64,000 bases of DNA from Terriglobales bacterium (GTDB taxonomy: Bacteria > Acidobacteriota > Terriglobia > Terriglobales > SCQP01), in contig JBOGKM010000110.1 in NCBI GenBank assembly GCA_050747745.1, positions 40,587-104,586 on the forward strand, in the 5' to 3' direction. Below the pieces are notes generated by a model. That model saw nothing but the letters and a program-made list of their open reading frames with translations. It was not told the DNA's origin and did not search any database. The translations under genes were made by a program, and so were the position numbers. Of this stretch, positions 60,950-64,000 are shown piece by piece (position 1 is the first letter of the stretch; each line of letters begins with the position of its first letter).

Positions 60950-61757
60950 GGTTGTCCTCCAGAGAACCCACCTGATCGCGGCCGGTCACCACCACCTGCA
61001 GAATCGCCTTGGTGGCCAGACTGCGCACGCGGATGCGATCGCCCTGGCGCCCTTCCTGCAGCGGTTGCACCAGCGTGGTCAGGGCGAAGCCGGGCTGCTC
61101 AATCACCAGTTGGGCGGTTCGGCCGGGGCGCACCAGCACCGGCTTGGGCGCCACCTCCGGATGCGGCCTCCAGACGGCAGATGCTTGCCGTGCCTGCAAC
61201 GCCTGCTCCGCCGGCGACAGCCGCACGGAGACTGCAAACGGCAGCAGACGCAAGTCCTTCGTGGCGCGGCAGTACACCTCCAGCCGGCCATGCACCCGGT
61301 CCGGCACCGCCCGCAGCACTTGCACCTGCGGATCGGCCGCCGTCGTCAGCGGCGGAGTGAAGGCGACCTCGGACCCAAGCACCGGACGGCGCAGATACAC
61401 CGTGAGCGCCTGCAGCACCGCGGCAGTCGGAATCGGCTGCGCCTGGCGTTCGATTTCGATCCGGGCTGGAATTTGAAACTCGCCCGGCAGAAGACCGGCG
61501 CTGCGCAAGCGCGATGCCAACTGCGCCGCGCTCCAGCGCAAGGGCATCCCCGGCTGTGGCGCGGCCGACAGCACCAGCCGCCGCACACCCGCCGGCGCAC
61601 TGGCGCCCGCCGCCAGCAGATCGCCGAGACGCACCACAGACGCGCTGACCCTGACTCGCGGCTGGATGCGCCAACCGGGTGCCGCCGCCGCGGCAGTGGC
61701 GCCGAGCAGGGCAGCACAGGCAAACATAGCTGGCAGACGGCGCATGGGCAGCACCAC
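60936..61757 (-). CDS. flgA: Flagellar P-ring assembly chaperone FlgA
   Basis: Signal peptide. C-terminal SAF-type domain VRPGRTAQLVIEQPGFALTTLVQPLQEGRQGDRIRV. It sits between flgG and flgH. Confidence 0.75.
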   Translation of the reverse strand: MVLPMRRLPAMFACAALLGATAAAAAPGWRIQPRVRVSASVVRLGDLLAAGASAPAGVRRLVLSAAPQPGMPLRWSAAQLASRLRSAGLLPGEFQIPARIEIERQAQPIPTAAVLQALTVYLRRPVLGSEVAFTPPLTTAADPQVQVLRAVPDRVHGRLEVYCRATKDLRLLPFAVSVRLSPAEQALQARQASAVWRPHPEVAPKPVLVRPGRTAQLVIEQPGFALTTLVQPLQEGRQGDRIRVRSLATKAILQVVVTGRDQVGSLEDNHGGR

Positions 61758-61759
61758 GC

Positions 61760-62551
61760 TTACGATTGCAGTCCGTTCAGTTGCTGCTGCATTTGATCGG
61801 CGGCCTGCACCACGCGTGAGTTGGCTTCGTAGGAGCGCTGCGCCTCGATCATCGCCACGAACTCGTCGACGACGTCTACGTTGGATTCCTCCAGTTCTCC
61901 CTGCTGAATCGTACCTAGACCCTGGTTGCCGCCGGGCGTGCCCACAATCGGGTCACCCGAAGCCAGCGTAGGGCTGAACAGGTTTGATCCGTCGCTATTC
62001 AGCCCGCCGATGTTGGCGAACGTCGCCAGCGTGATGGTGCCAACCTGCTGCGCCTGGCTGGAACCGGGCACGGTAGCCGTGACGGTGCCATCGGTGCCGA
62101 TGCTGACGCCAGTCGCGTTGAGGGGAACGGTAATCGGCGGCTGCAGGGGATAGCCGTCCGCGGTAACCATATCGCCGTTGGCATCGAGCTGAAATGCGCC
62201 CGAACGCGTATAGGCCAGCGTGCCATCGGGCATCTGAATCTGAAAGAATCCGTTGCCCTGAATCGCCAGATCTAGCGGATTGTTGGTCGCACTCAGCGTT
62301 CCCTGGGTGGACACCATCTCGGTCGAGGCCGGACGCGTGCCCATGCCGACTTCCAGACCGCTGGAGACAGTGGTCTGTTGCGTGGAGGCGGATCCGGGCG
62401 CCACCAGGTTCTGATACAGCAAGTCCTCGAACTGCAGCCGCCGCTGGCGGAACCCTGAGGTGGAGGCATTGGCGAGATTATTGGCGATGTTGTCCAGATT
62501 CATTTCCTGGGCCAACATGCCGCTGGCGGCGGTTTGCAGGGCTTGCATCAT
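61760..62551 (-). CDS. flgG: Flagellar distal rod protein FlgG
   Basis: LQTAASGMLAQEMNLDNIANNLANASTSGF and C-terminal LEESNVDVVDEFVAMIEAQRSYEANS. Confidence 0.9.
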   Translation of the reverse strand: MMQALQTAASGMLAQEMNLDNIANNLANASTSGFRQRRLQFEDLLYQNLVAPGSASTQQTTVSSGLEVGMGTRPASTEMVSTQGTLSATNNPLDLAIQGNGFFQIQMPDGTLAYTRSGAFQLDANGDMVTADGYPLQPPITVPLNATGVSIGTDGTVTATVPGSSQAQQVGTITLATFANIGGLNSDGSNLFSPTLASGDPIVGTPGGNQGLGTIQQGELEESNVDVVDEFVAMIEAQRSYEANSRVVQAADQMQQQLNGLQS

Positions 62552-62568
62552 GGGAGCGCTCCTTCTGG

Positions 62569-63327
62569 TTACGAATTGTTGACCAGCGGCAGCTCGGTCG
62601 TGGCCGGCTGGTTAAAATCCTGTTGGTAAATCTGCAAGGCGCGCTCGAGCAAATCGAAGTGGCGCTGCAGGGTGATGAGGTTTGTCTCAGCTTGGATGGG
62701 GTTGACGTTAGAGGTTTCTAACTCGCCGCCGGTGACCGATGAATCGGTAGCCGTGCGCACATCGGCGGCCGGGGCGGTCAGGTAGGTGTCGCCCAGGGGC
62801 TTGATCTGCGCCGGAGAAGTAAACTCCGCCAGGTGGAGCTTAGCCGCGGTGGCGCCGTTCACCGCAATGGTGCCGTTGGCGCTGATCGAGATCTTTCCGC
62901 TCGGCAAATAAATCGGCGCCAGTTTGCCTTTGGGTTGCTCGCCCAGGATGGGGTCGCCCTGACTGCTCAGCAATTCCCCCTTGGCGCCAATGCGCAGGTT
63001 GCCGTCGCGCGTATAGGCAACACCGGCAGGGGTTTGCACCGTGAGAAAGCCCTGTCCCTGGATGGCTACGTCGAGCGGATTGCCGGTGATCTGGTCGGAA
63101 CCCGGCGTAAGGTTCAACTGCTGCCCGCTCAACACCCCGAACTGATTGACCGCCTGGTTGAGCGCTCCCAGCGGCTGGGAGCCGCTGGCCGCGGTGAGGG
63201 CCTGAAAGAACTGGCTTTCCTGTTTGTAGCCGGTGGTGTTGGCATTAGCGAGGTTGTTCGCCAGTATGTCCAACTGGTGCATGCGCGCAATCAGCGCCGA
63301 ACACGCCGCATAGATACCACTCTCCAT
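62569..63327 (-). CDS. flgF: Flagellar proximal rod protein FlgF
   Basis: Start at ATG 63327 (MESGIYAACSALIARMHQLDILANNLANANTTGYK). C-terminal LETSNVNPIQAETNLITLQRHFD. Confidence 0.85.
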   Translation of the reverse strand: MESGIYAACSALIARMHQLDILANNLANANTTGYKQESQFFQALTAASGSQPLGALNQAVNQFGVLSGQQLNLTPGSDQITGNPLDVAIQGQGFLTVQTPAGVAYTRDGNLRIGAKGELLSSQGDPILGEQPKGKLAPIYLPSGKISISANGTIAVNGATAAKLHLAEFTSPAQIKPLGDTYLTAPAADVRTATDSSVTGGELETSNVNPIQAETNLITLQRHFDLLERALQIYQQDFNQPATTELPLVNNS

Positions 63328-63347
63328 GGCTCCTCCACCCAATTCCA

Positions 63348-63363
63348 TGCACGTGGAGGACCA
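63348..63363 (-). promoter_or_regulatory. Weak candidate sigma-54 promoter in front of flgF
   Basis: The minus strand reads TGGTCC-TCCAC-GTGCA. The GG-N10-GC spacing is right, but the flanking bases fit poorly and the leader would be only ~10 nt. Confidence 0.25.
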
Positions 63364-63383
63364 CCGGCGCAACTAAGGGGATT

Positions 63384-63758
63384 TTAGGCAAACAGCGGGA
63401 GGATGTACTCCTTGATCTGGTCGGCGGTAAAGGGCTTGCGGATGTAGCCCTGAGCGCCCAGCTCCAGCGCCTCATTGACCTGAGCCTCGCCCGCCTGGCT
63501 GCTCACGAACACCAGCGGCAGCGTACGGGTTGCTTCCTCGCTTCGGATCTGGCGCAGCAGTTGCAGGCCGTCTACGCCATCCAGCGCGAGCTCGGAGAGC
63601 ACCAATCCGGGATGCTGCTGAGTGACGAGATTGAGTGCCTCCTGACCGTCACTGGCTTCGAAAACCTGCTGCATCTCCAGACCAGCCAGCCGCAACGATC
63701 GTTCGACCACGCGCCGCATCACCGGTGCCGGATCCACGATGAGCACGGTTCGGTTCAT
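63384..63758 (-). CDS. CheY-like single-domain receiver with Glu at the phospho-acceptor position
   Basis: Start at ATG 63758 (MNRTVLIVDPAPVMRR). It aligns along its whole length to CheY, but reads VDP for DD, LVLSELALDGVDG for VISDWNMPNMDG, FVSS for MVTA, and YIRKPF with the Lys retained. Confidence 0.8.
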   Translation of the reverse strand: MNRTVLIVDPAPVMRRVVERSLRLAGLEMQQVFEASDGQEALNLVTQQHPGLVLSELALDGVDGLQLLRQIRSEEATRTLPLVFVSSQAGEAQVNEALELGAQGYIRKPFTADQIKEYILPLFA

Positions 63759-64000
63759 CGCCGCACCCGCGTGCGCGGACCCACCTGGCTGCCCGCCCAA
63801 TCCCGTGCATGCTGCAATTGTTCGCGCCGGTTCAGCAGTTGCTCGGCGGTCTCCCCCAGCGCCGCCTGTACCTGGCGCAGCACCGGCTCCAGACGGCGCA
63901 AATGGCAGGCGTAGAGCGTGCGTTCCTCGTGCGCATGCACCGCCTCGAGCCGCCAGGCGCTGCCGCGCTCCAGCAGGCGCTGCAGTTGGCTGGTGTGGGC
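63755..64000 (-). CDS. 3' end of an unidentified helical protein gene (continues beyond window end)
   Basis: The frame is open to the window edge. Its stop overlaps the cheY-like ATG by 4 nt. The product is Arg/Leu/Gln-rich and helical. No family recognised. Confidence 0.3.
   Translation of the reverse strand, partial: AHTSQLQRLLERGSAWRLEAVHAHEERTLYACHLRRLEPVLRQVQAALGETAEQLLNRREQLQHARDWAGSQVGPRTRVRR

Noticed and set aside
1-64000. Search by eye for CRISPR arrays, rRNA/tRNA/tmRNA genes, riboswitches upstream of ribA/pckA/apt, and IS elements
   Set aside because: I saw no regularly spaced repeats, no cloverleaf-compatible intergenic segment and no transposase-like ORF. The intergenic regions before ribA (32 nt) and apt (18 nt) are too short for riboswitches. 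A covariance-model scan (tRNAscan-SE, Infernal/Rfam) would be needed to be certain.

Overview
Densely coding, high-GC bacterial chromosomal segment, roughly two-thirds G+C by eye. Third codon positions are strongly G/C, and I used that to choose frames among the many shadow ORFs. I recognised no rRNA, tRNA, CRISPR array, transposase or phage gene. The gene content (PadR next to an ADOP-type FtsX permease remnant, a TPR/cohesin secretin, heavy use of sigma-54 parts) suggests Acidobacteriota, but that is inference only.

Main blocks:
1. rpsI-rplM.
2. Two amylo-alpha-1,6-glucosidase-like paralogues, a DUF4097 beta-helix repeat protein and a GT4 glycosyltransferase.
3. An orphan secretin (TPR N-terminus, cohesin-like C-terminus) with two GspG-like pseudopilins.
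4. smpB and pepA.
5. A flagellar operon flhA-fliA-fliM-fliN, preceded by a near-consensus sigma-54 promoter and ending in an unusual zinc-ribbon/MshEN-domain gene.
6. Housekeeping, redox and stress genes: a cupin-DUF488-FNR-glutaredoxin cassette, DUF1015, STAS, hemerythrin, a Cys-phosphatase, an H1-like protein, an MltD-like transglycosylase, an HPF-sigma fusion, acyP, apt, rlmB, efp, pckA, ribA, glycerate kinase, udg, fdx, fabI, trmFO and xerC.
7. Two NtrC-type sigma-54 activators. One is canonical and sits with its kinase. The other has Glu at the phospho-acceptor position, is paired with a His-less REC-DHp protein and lies behind its own sigma-54 promoter.
8. A second flagellar operon: cheY-like, flgF, flgG, flgA, flgH, flgI, a rod-binding gene, flgM, flgN, flgK, flgL, with an internal sigma-28 promoter in front of flgM.

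Best candidates for something undescribed:
- the stand-alone MshEN (c-di-GMP-receptor-type) protein translationally coupled to fliN;
- the apparently phosphorylation-independent two-component-derived module at 38.9-41.1 kb;
- the HPF/ECF-sigma fusion;
- the TPR-secretin-cohesin protein.

All family assignments rest on motif recognition in the supplied translations. No database search was possible.
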